Source: an uncultured archaeon (GTDB lineage: Archaea; Iainarchaeota; Iainarchaeia; Iainarchaeales; VGJJ01). Taken from it: a stretch of 64,000 nt of DNA. Shown piece by piece: positions 56,149-64,000 of the stretch. The stretch spans positions 5,112 to 69,111 of the forward strand of contig CAYIIU010000001.1 in the NCBI GenBank assembly GCA_964363635.1, in the 5' to 3' direction. Within the stretch, counting starts at the first letter, position 1. The number at the start of each line of letters is the position of its first letter. Below the pieces are notes generated by a model. It saw nothing but the letters and a program-made list of their open reading frames with translations. It made no database searches and was not told where the DNA came from. Both the position numbers and the translations under genes were made by a program.

Positions 56149-57239
56149 TTGGAAACAGGTTGGTTAGGGAACACGGAATTATTTTCTTCAATTGGTTCAT
56201 CTTTCTTTTTAGGCGCCGAGAGTTCGCGCTGGTAAAATTGCAATGGGTGCGTGACGTTGCACGTGCGGGAGATGCAGAACCCGTGTTCTCTAATTTTGGC
56301 GCACGCGGGAGAAGAATACGTTTTCCCATGCTTCCCGGCAAGATTATCTAAATGATAACGCGTAATCTTTTCATCGTAGTTGGATGCTTTGGCAAACACG
56401 GAAACAATATCTTCGAAGGGCATGTGCACATTTACCAAAAATGTTGCCAAATCGAAGCGCGCCATGTGGGGAATGTTTATTCCGCTTGAAATGTCGGTGT
56501 ACAACTTGTCCATGCACGGAGGAAACGCTTCCAAAACGAGGCCGGAAGAAATAGTTAATTTTGCTTCCTGCATGCGCAGCGCTTGCAAACGCGATTGGGC
56601 GACTTTTTGAATATCGTTGAAAATGGTTGGAAGCCCTTGCGTGTCTACTGGAAGGGAAGATAGAACGTGTGCGTGCACACGCTCAGCCATCCAGCGGCAG
56701 GCGACATTCCATTCGAGCTTAACAAAACCTTTTTCCAACGGTTGATGGACCAAATGAAGTTGTCCATCGCGGAAAGGGATTGAGAGGTATGTGGGAAGCG
56801 AAAGCGAAACAACAGGTTGCTCGTCCAGTGAAACATCCACGAGCACATTCAAATCGCGCGCGAGGTCGGAAAACGCGCCGCGCTTATCCTTCTCCGCATT
56901 CAAATATTCGAATGTCAAATCGCCCATCAGCTGGGCGAAGCGGTCATACAATTGAGGGTGACGGAGATTGGAGAGAATTATTTTTGCCAGCGGATACGCT
57001 AACACGTCGTTTTGGAGAAATTCCGCATACGAAAGTTCGCGCTTGGAAAAATGGTCCTCGACAAATATCCTTCTTGCTTTGGGCGACGCTGCGGAGCACG
57101 CATCCACCATCGCTAGGGCAGCTTCGAAGGATGATGGGTCGATTTGCATGAGGTCGGGAACGAGCTGCTTGACCACGCTTTTCGAGTGAGTAGAATACGG
57201 GTATTTCCGCGCGAGCTGCAATTGTGAAAGGGGGACCAT
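56145..57239 (-). CDS. priL: DNA primase large subunit PriL
   Basis: The C-terminal 4Fe-4S cluster Cys residues lie in PPCMDK, SPACAKIREHGFCISRTC and HPLQFY. There is a helical N-terminal domain. It overlaps the ATPase gene convergently by 4 nt. Confidence 0.75.
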   Translation of the reverse strand: MVPLSQLQLARKYPYSTHSKSVVKQLVPDLMQIDPSSFEAALAMVDACSAASPKARRIFVEDHFSKRELSYAEFLQNDVLAYPLAKIILSNLRHPQLYDRFAQLMGDLTFEYLNAEKDKRGAFSDLARDLNVLVDVSLDEQPVVSLSLPTYLSIPFRDGQLHLVHQPLEKGFVKLEWNVACRWMAERVHAHVLSSLPVDTQGLPTIFNDIQKVAQSRLQALRMQEAKLTISSGLVLEAFPPCMDKLYTDISSGINIPHMARFDLATFLVNVHMPFEDIVSVFAKASNYDEKITRYHLDNLAGKHGKTYSSPACAKIREHGFCISRTCNVTHPLQFYQRELSAPKKKDEPIEENNSVFPNQPVSN

Positions 57240-57324
57240 AGAATATCTTCGGCTTAACCGGCATTAAACCCCTACGGCAGAACGGCGCCGCAAGGATTAT
57301 ATATAGAACATAGAATATAGATTT

Positions 57325-57528
57325 ATGGATGAAGAAACAACTACCATTGCTGTGAAGAAGACTACCCTTTGGCTTTTGCGTGAGCTAAAACAGGAGTGGA
57401 AGACCCCCTCTTTTGACGACACCATCCAGAAAATGATTGCCAAAACCAAGAAGCCTAAAAAATCATTTTTTGGTGCGTTCCCCGAGTTACCATCTTTCAG
57501 GAGGGAAGAACTTGACCGTTTTACTTGA
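57325..57528 (+). CDS. vapB: Putative VapB-type antitoxin
   Basis: The small ORF has a stop that overlaps the downstream PIN gene start. The N-terminus TIAVKKTTLWLLRELK suggests an RHH or SpoVT-like fold. Confidence 0.45.
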   Translation: MDEETTTIAVKKTTLWLLRELKQEWKTPSFDDTIQKMIAKTKKPKKSFFGAFPELPSFRREELDRFT

Positions 57529-57883
57529 TTCATGGGCGTGGATTGAATACACTCGCCGCAGTCCGCGAAGTGAAAAAATCCGAAACTATATCGAAGGAGA
57601 TGAACCTGTTATTTTAAGCGCAATTAATATCGCTGAAGTTTATCGATTTTTTTTGGCCAATAAACCGCGTGAAACTGAACACTTTGTTGCATTCATATTA
57701 GCACGCGCAAGTGTCATTCCGGTGGACATATCCATTGCAAAAGATGCGGCCAAAATAAGACATGAGAAAAAATTTGGATTGGGCGATGCTATTGTATTAG
57801 CAACTGGTCAACAAAAAAATGCGAAAATCATTACAGGCGATTCTGATTTCAGAAATGAAAAAAATGTCGAAATAATTACCTAA
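57512..57883 (+). CDS. vapC: PIN-domain toxin (VapC-like) with a TTG start
   Basis: (M)TVLLDSWAWIEY starts the PIN core, ILSAINIAEV continues it, and GDAIVLATG and ITGDSDF carry the acidic PIN residues. A GGAGGG Shine-Dalgarno sequence lies 7 nt upstream of TTG 57512. Confidence 0.65.
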   Translation: MTVLLDSWAWIEYTRRSPRSEKIRNYIEGDEPVILSAINIAEVYRFFLANKPRETEHFVAFILARASVIPVDISIAKDAAKIRHEKKFGLGDAIVLATGQQKNAKIITGDSDFRNEKNVEIIT

Positions 57884-57885
57884 AA

Positions 57886-58614
57886 TTACAAAATCATGTG
57901 CGCTAAATAGTACTGCATCTTGGCCTTTCCGATGGGATAGGTGATGCGCATGGGAGCATCGGATTTGAATTCGAGGAGGATGGGCGAATCGTTATCGGCT
58001 TCCTTGATTACATTCGAGAGAAAATTCAATGAGTATTTTGACGTGACATTCACACTCGTGTGCACGGAAATCATGTGCGATTGTTTGGAAACGGTTTTGA
58101 GAATACCGGGAGAACCTTTGGCTTCGATTCCGAATTTTCCATCCTTGACTTTAACGACAACACTCGAACCGAAAATTTGCGCATCCTTGAGGGCTTCTTT
58201 GAGGAGGCGAGCGTTGACTTCAACCTTCGCATCAAAATTCTGCGCCGGAAGTTTCAATTCTTTTTCACTCTCCGAAACATCAATCAACGGGAGTTGAAAG
58301 GAACGCGAAAAATCCCCCTCCAAATTGAGCGTGATTTCACTCTCGCCCACGTCCAACAACAACTTGTCGTTCGGAAGCGAGCGCGCGAGCATACGCGAAA
58401 ACTCTACAACATCCACTCCCACGAAGGTGGGCTCAAGGTCATAGGTTGAGAACGCGCCTTTTTCGATGAAGCAGTCCACGAGAACGATTTGAGAAGGGTC
58501 CACCGCACGCAGGCTGATTCCTTTTTCGGAAAAGCGGAAGTTCCCCTCCGAAATGAAAGAGGAAATGGCATCAATGGCCTTCTTGAATGAGTTCACGTCC
58601 TGGGTTTCAATCAT
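57886..58614 (-). CDS. pcn1: PCNA sliding clamp, paralog 1
   Basis: FKKAIDAISSFISEGNFRFSEKGISLRAVDPSQIVLVDCFIEKGAFSTYDLEPTFVGVD is the PCNA N-domain pattern. The size is 242 aa. Confidence 0.85.
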   Translation of the reverse strand: MIETQDVNSFKKAIDAISSFISEGNFRFSEKGISLRAVDPSQIVLVDCFIEKGAFSTYDLEPTFVGVDVVEFSRMLARSLPNDKLLLDVGESEITLNLEGDFSRSFQLPLIDVSESEKELKLPAQNFDAKVEVNARLLKEALKDAQIFGSSVVVKVKDGKFGIEAKGSPGILKTVSKQSHMISVHTSVNVTSKYSLNFLSNVIKEADNDSPILLEFKSDAPMRITYPIGKAKMQYYLAHMIL

Positions 58615-58670
58615 ACGAACTAGGTTTTCCCCGGGCTTTTGGTAAAAGGCCGAATCATCGTACGTTAAAT

Positions 58671-59279
58671 ATGCCCCCGATGTTTAAAGAAATACCGGGT
58701 GAAAAACACATAGCAAAAACGACCGAAATGGGAATGGGACACGTCCTCGCATGGGGATTGCGCGGGATTCTAGTGCTCGGAATGGTAGGATACGTGCTCG
58801 AACTCAAGTTTGTTTTAGCCGGAATTTTATTGATGAGCTTTGCGGGGAGCGGACTCATCTATTACGTTTGTAAACATTATTTTGGAAAGACCGGAGAATA
58901 TTTGGACGTGCTTTTTGCACTTTTAGTGGTGTTCAACAATTATTTCGGAGTGGTGTTAGACTTTTACCACACCGTGCCGGGGTGGGACATCGCCACGCAT
59001 TACACGACGAGCGCGTTTTTGGCCGTTTCTGCGCTGGTGCTCATGCAGCGCGCGTATGGGGTGGTGTTAACGGAGGCGCCGCAAATGATTATTGTCATCG
59101 CCATGATTCTGTTTAGTTTGGGACTGGGCGGCGTGTGGGAGATTGGAGAATTTACCTCCGATTTTTTGCGCGGAACGGACTTCCAACATGGTCTCGTGAA
59201 TACGATGCAGGACTTGATTATTGACATGTTCGCGGGACTCATTGTTGGAATGGCGTGGGTGAAGACGCGGAGAAAATAG
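58671..59279 (+). CDS. Hypothetical integral membrane protein
   Basis: Multiple TM helices are predicted. The start is taken at the internal ATG MPPMFKE. Confidence 0.45.
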   Translation: MPPMFKEIPGEKHIAKTTEMGMGHVLAWGLRGILVLGMVGYVLELKFVLAGILLMSFAGSGLIYYVCKHYFGKTGEYLDVLFALLVVFNNYFGVVLDFYHTVPGWDIATHYTTSAFLAVSALVLMQRAYGVVLTEAPQMIIVIAMILFSLGLGGVWEIGEFTSDFLRGTDFQHGLVNTMQDLIIDMFAGLIVGMAWVKTRRK

Positions 59280-59294
59280 CACTACCTTTTTGTT

Positions 59295-59699
59295 TTACGG
59301 ATTGGTTTGCTGCTGATAGACTGTCATACCTCGAATGGCATCGGCCAAAGACCCCTTACATTCGAGAGTACTGCCAGAAAACTCATAGTTTCCAAATTCA
59401 TCCGAAGAGAGAAAGCAGTCCATATTCAGAAGCACATTCTCAGGATTCCCTTCTCCATATACGTGACATTTGTCTTCAACCAACCCAACTACCTGCAGAC
59501 GCATTTTGCCTTCCCTGAAGTTATTTTCCAAATACCCTGACGAACACGTTTGAACAAGATTCTGAAAGCATAGTATCCCTCCATCTGCACAGTTTTTTCC
59601 TTTAATTTCTGGACGTGAAACCAGGCAACCCATCATAAAAACATATACAATGAGGATTGCTAGAACACAATTCCATTTTGTTGAATTAAATGATTCCAT
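59295..59699 (-). CDS. Small Cys-rich secreted protein
   Basis: The signal anchor is WNCVLAILIVYVFMMGCLVS. Eight Cys residues are present. The gene is AT-rich. Confidence 0.35.
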   Translation of the reverse strand: MESFNSTKWNCVLAILIVYVFMMGCLVSRPEIKGKNCADGGILCFQNLVQTCSSGYLENNFREGKMRLQVVGLVEDKCHVYGEGNPENVLLNMDCFLSSDEFGNYEFSGSTLECKGSLADAIRGMTVYQQQTNP

Positions 59700-59738
59700 G
59701 CCAGTGCATCGAATCAGGAATTAATAATCCTTACGGGA

Positions 59739-60530
59739 TCACGCGCTCTCAATCCGCGGCGCGAGGAAATAACGCAAGCGGGCTTCGCCGATGTGGTAAT
59801 TCAATTCTACCGGGGCGTTGTCTTTGATTTTGACGGTAACATCGGTGTCTCCGACGGCGGCTTTGAGCATGTCGCTAAGATAGTCTAATGGAAACATCGA
59901 GGAACAATCCTTCTTCACGCTCAAATCGGGCAAGGACTCGCTTCCTTTGGCGGTCTCGTTCAACAATTCTCCTTTGCTCGACGTGGCTTTGACATAAAAC
60001 ATATCCATCTTCGCGCCTAAAGTCAAATGGGTTGACAATAAGGAAGCATCTTTCAGCGCGTCCTGCAGCAAGCCGGCCTTGATTTTCACCGTGGCATCGA
60101 ATTCAATCTTGGGATTGGGCAATTCTCCAGAAGAAATGTCGATGAGGGGGACGGAAAATGTTCGCACGCTCGTTCCGCGGAACGTGACGCTCAACTTGGA
60201 CGAATCATCATCCAATTTCAACTCCACTTCATCGCTGGGTTTTGAACGCGACATTACTTGATTCAAGTATTCCAAGTCCATTCCGATGCGAATCGTTCCA
60301 TCCACGTGAAACTTTTTGAAGGCTTTCTTTTCCAATTCAAAATCGACCATGGAAATCTGGGAAGGGTCGGTGGCTTTCAATGTGACTCCCTTGTCGGAGA
60401 TTTCAAACTCGGCTTCGTCAATCAAAACCGCAATAGCATCGACGCTGCGCTTCAATACATCGGCACGTTCCAAAACAATATGCATCATACTTCCAACCCC
60501 TTTATTCGATATATGATATTTTTTATCCAA
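59739..60530 (-). CDS. pcn2: PCNA sliding clamp, paralog 2; the likely start is the internal MMHIV
   Basis: MHIVLERADVLKRSVDAIAVLIDEAEFEISDKGVTLKATDPSQISMVDFELEKKAF is present. Its domain order matches paralog 1. Confidence 0.8.
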   Translation of the reverse strand: MDKKYHISNKGVGSMMHIVLERADVLKRSVDAIAVLIDEAEFEISDKGVTLKATDPSQISMVDFELEKKAFKKFHVDGTIRIGMDLEYLNQVMSRSKPSDEVELKLDDDSSKLSVTFRGTSVRTFSVPLIDISSGELPNPKIEFDATVKIKAGLLQDALKDASLLSTHLTLGAKMDMFYVKATSSKGELLNETAKGSESLPDLSVKKDCSSMFPLDYLSDMLKAAVGDTDVTVKIKDNAPVELNYHIGEARLRYFLAPRIESA

Positions 60531-60575
60531 CCTAATTTGATATGAAGATACGCTGCCGAGAGATATAAAACTACG

Positions 60576-61346
60576 CTAAACGCGGGCATTTTGCCACGAG
60601 TCAACGAGGAGGAGTTTAATGTACCCTAAATAAGGGACCCACACGAGGGCTTTGCCTCTCACAAGGGAAAGGGGAACGGGATAGGGTGAAGGACACGATT
60701 TGGACGTGACGATCTGCCCGTTGGGAGAACCGGGAAGAAGGAGCTCATCCACGTTTCCGCAGTCTTGGTCTAGGGAAGGATTGTTATCCCCCTTCGTTAA
60801 AACAAAATATTCTCCATTCGAACGGATTTTGATGACCGCACGATGAATGATTTCGAGATTCTTGTGCGTGGAATTGTAGACGACAATGCTGCTCGACCCT
60901 TTTTTGGGAACATTCACCATTTGGCCGGTTTCCTTGAATGTGATGTTCCACCCGCCCGAACCATCCGAAGAATAGACGGCCAAATCGGAAAGAGACGTGT
61001 GACCAACGTCCACGCCGTCTAACACGACTTCGGGCGCGTTCACGTGCGCGCCATCCACGCCCTGCAAAATAACCACATCGCCTCGCGACATGGTGGGAAG
61101 CATGCTGCCGGAAACAACGATGACTAAGGGAGACTGCGTCTGCAAAATAAAACCAAAAATAGTGTACAATGTGTATGCGAAAACGAATGAGAAGACAATG
61201 TACACGGCCCAATTAACTATTTCATTATTGCTTGGATTAATTTTGGGAATAATATAATCATCCACATACGTAAACGGGTCGAGTTTTTCCCAAAAAGAAC
61301 GAGAACGTTTAACGCTCAAAACGGGCGCGCGGGATTTGATGGACAT
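60576..61346 (-). CDS. Signal peptidase I (archaeal Sec11/SPC18 type) with an extended C-terminal region
   Basis: An N-terminal TM helix is followed by IVVSGSMLPTMSRGDVVIL, the catalytic Ser box. A later segment reads YFVLTKGDNNPSLD. Confidence 0.65.
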   Translation of the reverse strand: MSIKSRAPVLSVKRSRSFWEKLDPFTYVDDYIIPKINPSNNEIVNWAVYIVFSFVFAYTLYTIFGFILQTQSPLVIVVSGSMLPTMSRGDVVILQGVDGAHVNAPEVVLDGVDVGHTSLSDLAVYSSDGSGGWNITFKETGQMVNVPKKGSSSIVVYNSTHKNLEIIHRAVIKIRSNGEYFVLTKGDNNPSLDQDCGNVDELLLPGSPNGQIVTSKSCPSPYPVPLSLVRGKALVWVPYLGYIKLLLVDSWQNARV

Positions 61347-61406
61347 GTTCTAAGTCAAACAGGAATGGGGTTAAAAAGAGCTGGGGGAAATGAAAGCGCG
61401 CACGCC

Positions 61407-61652
61407 TCACTCGTACACGTGACCCCGGTCGTCTAACCATGCAAACTGAATGGTCGTGTCATTTACTCTGTAAATAATTCGAAGATTCTCGATGCGCTCG
61501 CTCAAGTAGTGCTGCAGGGGCGCGTGAAGCGGTTTTCCCAACGCAGGATTTTCAACGATTTTCAAAATCTTTTTCTTAACGAGTTCTTGCTGATGTGGGT
61601 CCAACTTTTTATACTGTTTCTTGAAGCGCTCCGAATAGAAATAGTCGACCAT
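61407..61652 (-). CDS. RelE/ParE-family toxin
   Basis: The 81-aa protein contains LRIIYRVNDTTIQFAWLDDRGHVY. Confidence 0.6.
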   Translation of the reverse strand: MVDYFYSERFKKQYKKLDPHQQELVKKKILKIVENPALGKPLHAPLQHYLSERIENLRIIYRVNDTTIQFAWLDDRGHVYE

Positions 61653-61654
61653 TT

Positions 61655-61873
61655 TTATCGATCCAAATCGTCAATCATCGCTTGGATGGTTGTAAATTTT
61701 TTCCCTTTGCCCTGCTGAACTTCCTCCATTGCTTTCCAAAAATCGGGCTTGCTGAATAGTTGCAAATCTTCTAAATACGATTCAAATTCGCCCTTCAAAC
61801 GCGCAGCCTCTTTTCTCAGCGCGGGAATGGATTGGGCTTGCAGTAGGGTGGTATTCATTTTGGATCGCTTCAT
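61655..61873 (-). CDS. Putative antitoxin; the start is uncertain, either the internal Met at 61873 or at 61858
   Basis: It is a helical ORF immediately upstream of the toxin. The ORF as listed runs into the rpoL stop. Confidence 0.4.
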   Translation of the reverse strand: MKRSKMNTTLLQAQSIPALRKEAARLKGEFESYLEDLQLFSKPDFWKAMEEVQQGKGKKFTTIQAMIDDLDR

Positions 61874-61955
61874 ACAAAGTACGGGTTGAAGGTATTTATA
61901 TCTTTTTAGGCCAAACCGCCGAGAACGCCCTATGAAAAGATAGATTATATGAGAA

Positions 61956-62231
61956 TTACTTGAGCGCTTTATCCAACGCACTTTGCAATTCTTTCACATC
62001 TTCTTGAACGCGCTTCGCGGCTTCAAGCAGGACGGCCTTCGCGGGCTTGCCTTTGGTTTTCAACACAAACATGGCATCTTTGTCCATGGGGTGTTCAAGC
62101 TTGTACGCGACAAACTCCACATTGGCATCATCCACTAAATGAGACTTCAACAAGTTGGCAAACGTGTGCGTCTCGCCGAGTATTTTGAACTCAATGTGGT
62201 TGGCGGTCTTCTTCAAAAACTGGATTTCCAT
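61956..62231 (-). CDS. rpoL: DNA-directed RNA polymerase subunit L (Rpo11)
   Basis: In the 91-aa protein, HTFANLLKSHLVDDANVEFVAYKLEHPMDKDAMFVLKTK matches the Rpb11/L fold pattern. Confidence 0.75.
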   Translation of the reverse strand: MEIQFLKKTANHIEFKILGETHTFANLLKSHLVDDANVEFVAYKLEHPMDKDAMFVLKTKGKPAKAVLLEAAKRVQEDVKELQSALDKALK

Positions 62232-62237
62232 ACGATA

Positions 62238-62771
62238 TCACTCCTGCTCCGTATTGGTTGCTTCAGGAAGCGTTTCTTTCCCGTCGCGCATACTCTGAAT
62301 AACATCATCTCGCGACAAAATCTTTCCTAACCCTTTGTCGGCGGTCATTAGTTCAGTAGAATAACGTGTAACGGACGAAACTTTCGCACGCACAAAATCG
62401 CCTATTTGAAACAAGTCATGCATGGAACGGACGAAATCGCGCGACGCTCGTGAAACTCCTATGGCGCCCGTGGCGTCGAAGATTTGGCGCTTCTGACCAT
62501 TCTTCTCCGCGTAACCGATCGTCATCAAGGCCACGGCGTCTTTCACTAGGGTAATGCGCCCCACCACGATGGAACCCACTTCCACCCCTTTGGCATTGTG
62601 GTGTTCATTCTGGACGTGCACTTCGCGCGCGTCTTCGTTGAACGTGACGTGGCCGGCCGTGGTGGAAATGACATTCCCTTCGTCATCGGTATACGTGTTC
62701 GTGCCGGGCTCGTATTCTTCCTCGACTGTGAGTCGTTGACCGGGCAATACAATCTTTTTGGAATCAGCCAT
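62238..62771 (-). CDS. csl4: Exosome RNA-binding subunit Csl4-like (S1 domain); it lacks the usual Cys4 zinc ribbon
   Basis: The N-terminus is KIVLPGQRLTVEEEY. The S1 domain reads GSIVVGRITLVKDAVALMTI ... GDFVRAKVSS. Adjacency to rpoL is typical. No Cys is present. Confidence 0.5.
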   Translation of the reverse strand: MADSKKIVLPGQRLTVEEEYEPGTNTYTDDEGNVISTTAGHVTFNEDAREVHVQNEHHNAKGVEVGSIVVGRITLVKDAVALMTIGYAEKNGQKRQIFDATGAIGVSRASRDFVRSMHDLFQIGDFVRAKVSSVTRYSTELMTADKGLGKILSRDDVIQSMRDGKETLPEATNTEQE

Positions 62772-62870
62772 AGGGGTTTTCACCGAGTGTTTTACCATCG
62801 TTATAGCGGATGGTCGATATACGAAAAGGCCACGGAATGGTTTTAAATACCCCAACATGGGCGTTGCGTA

Positions 62871-63827
62871 ATGGTCCTAGAAACACTCCTTCCAAGCTCC
62901 ATTGCGAGGCAAAAACCCCATTACATGATGGTCATCGCCTTCCTCTTTGCCATCGTGGGGATGTGGCTGGCCTACTTCATTTTCCCCTATTCCGCGTCCA
63001 TTTTGACGATTGCATTCATTGTAATCGCGGCCGAACCCCTTATGCGAAGGACTTTTTTGCAGGAAGAGGATGAGGAGGCCCGCGCGCCCGGACCCGCGGC
63101 AACGTTTTTGGAACGACACTTTGACATCATCGTCATGTATTCATGGTTTTTCGTGGGACTCGTAATTGCATTCATGGCATGGTACATCATCCTCCCCGCC
63201 GCGACGCCGGAACGATGTCTAACAGACGGATTGTGCGGAGAGTTTCCCACGCGCACGAGTATTTTTGCGGAACAAGAACGCCAACTCGGAGGCATTGCGC
63301 AGCTGCGCGATAGCGCCAATTTGGGAACAACGGGAAATTTTATTTTGCCACTCACGGGATTTGGAGTTCCCCCAACTATTCAGGGAGATTTTTGGGGAAT
63401 CGTGCAGTTTTTGTTTGCCAATAATACCACGGTGCTATTACTGGCGATTTTATTTTCATTTTTGTTCGGAGAAGGGGCGCTGTTTTTGATTTCATGGAAC
63501 GCGAGCATCATTGGAACGGTGATGGGAAAGATTTCCGCGCAGGCCATGGCATTGAGTCCGACGCACGATATCATTTCAATCATTTATTCACTGGGATATG
63601 GAATCTACCACGGAATAGGATTTGTTCCGCACGGAATACCCGAAATTGGAGCGTATTACATCGGCGCCATCGCAGGGGGAATCATTTCCGCGAGCATGGC
63701 CAAACAAGCGTATCGGAAAGACGAATTCAAAATCATTGCCAAAGACGCGGCTGGGTTGATTATCATCGCAGTGATACTGCTCTTTGTGGGCGCGATGATC
63801 GAAAGCTATTTGTGGATGACGGCGTGA
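62871..63827 (+). CDS. SpoIIM/DUF95-family integral membrane protein
   Basis: It has six or more TM helices. YYIGAIAGGIISASM is near the C-terminus. Confidence 0.5.
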   Translation: MVLETLLPSSIARQKPHYMMVIAFLFAIVGMWLAYFIFPYSASILTIAFIVIAAEPLMRRTFLQEEDEEARAPGPAATFLERHFDIIVMYSWFFVGLVIAFMAWYIILPAATPERCLTDGLCGEFPTRTSIFAEQERQLGGIAQLRDSANLGTTGNFILPLTGFGVPPTIQGDFWGIVQFLFANNTTVLLLAILFSFLFGEGALFLISWNASIIGTVMGKISAQAMALSPTHDIISIIYSLGYGIYHGIGFVPHGIPEIGAYYIGAIAGGIISASMAKQAYRKDEFKIIAKDAAGLIIIAVILLFVGAMIESYLWMTA

Positions 63828-63840
63828 TTATTCTATGTTC

Positions 63841-64000
63841 CTCTTAACTCGAATGATCCAGCCCGCGCCACCAACGTAGGTGTCTGTAGAGAAGGATTCA
63901 GATAATTCATCTCTTAATTTCTCTTGAATACGCCTTGCTAAATGCTGAGGAACATCCACAACCAAAAGTCCGCCAAGTGCTAATTTGTCACATAGTTTTC
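63841..64000 (-). CDS. Partial gene, C-terminal part, possibly a SAM-dependent methyltransferase
   Basis: The reverse-strand translation reads ...KLCDKLALGGLLVVDVPQHLARRIQEKL...GGAGWIIRVKRNIE*. The gene runs out of the window. Confidence 0.3.

Noticed and set aside
1-64000. rRNA genes, RNase P RNA, SRP RNA
   Set aside because: No long ORF-free GC-rich stretch with rRNA-like conserved motifs was seen by eye. A covariance-model scan would be needed to exclude small ncRNAs.

Overview
This window is archaeal chromosomal DNA. The evidence is archaeal initiation factors aIF-1A, aIF-2α, aIF-2β and aIF-5A, release factor aRF1, an MCM helicase, two PCNA paralogs, primase PriS/PriL, Gins51, topoisomerase VI A/B, Mre11, Dph2, a RIO kinase, RNA polymerase subunit L, an Sm protein, ribosomal protein L10e, and S-layer-like surface proteins. 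GC content is moderate and coding density is high. Core information-processing genes carry several selfish or accessory elements:

- Three inteins with LAGLIDADG homing-endonuclease domains: two in MCM and one in the P-loop of a MinD/ParA-type ATPase.
- A bacterial-type DinD-like gene inserted at the 3' end of top6A. It is flanked by an approximately 80-bp diverged duplicate of the top6A terminus.
- A toxin-antitoxin island downstream of tRNA-Cys, bounded by a 16-nt repeat of the tRNA 3' end.
- At least six type II toxin-antitoxin modules in total: four RelE/ParE-type and two PIN/VapC-type.
- A family of intergenic palindromes with a T-run and an A-run, seen next to tRNAs, upstream of aIF-2β and L10e, and between convergent genes.

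Three tRNAs were found: Ala-GGC, Gly-TCC and Cys-GCA. No rRNA or CRISPR array was seen. Other points of interest:

- A protein whose C-terminus resembles sigma-70 region 4.
- L10e with an Ala/Lys/Pro-rich tail like a histone H1 tail.
- A degenerate UMP-kinase-like protein.
- A presenilin/SPP-family intramembrane protease.
- A MinD-intein operon with two small upstream proteins, one possibly roadblock-like.

All calls come from reading the translations and sequence by eye. No database search was run.
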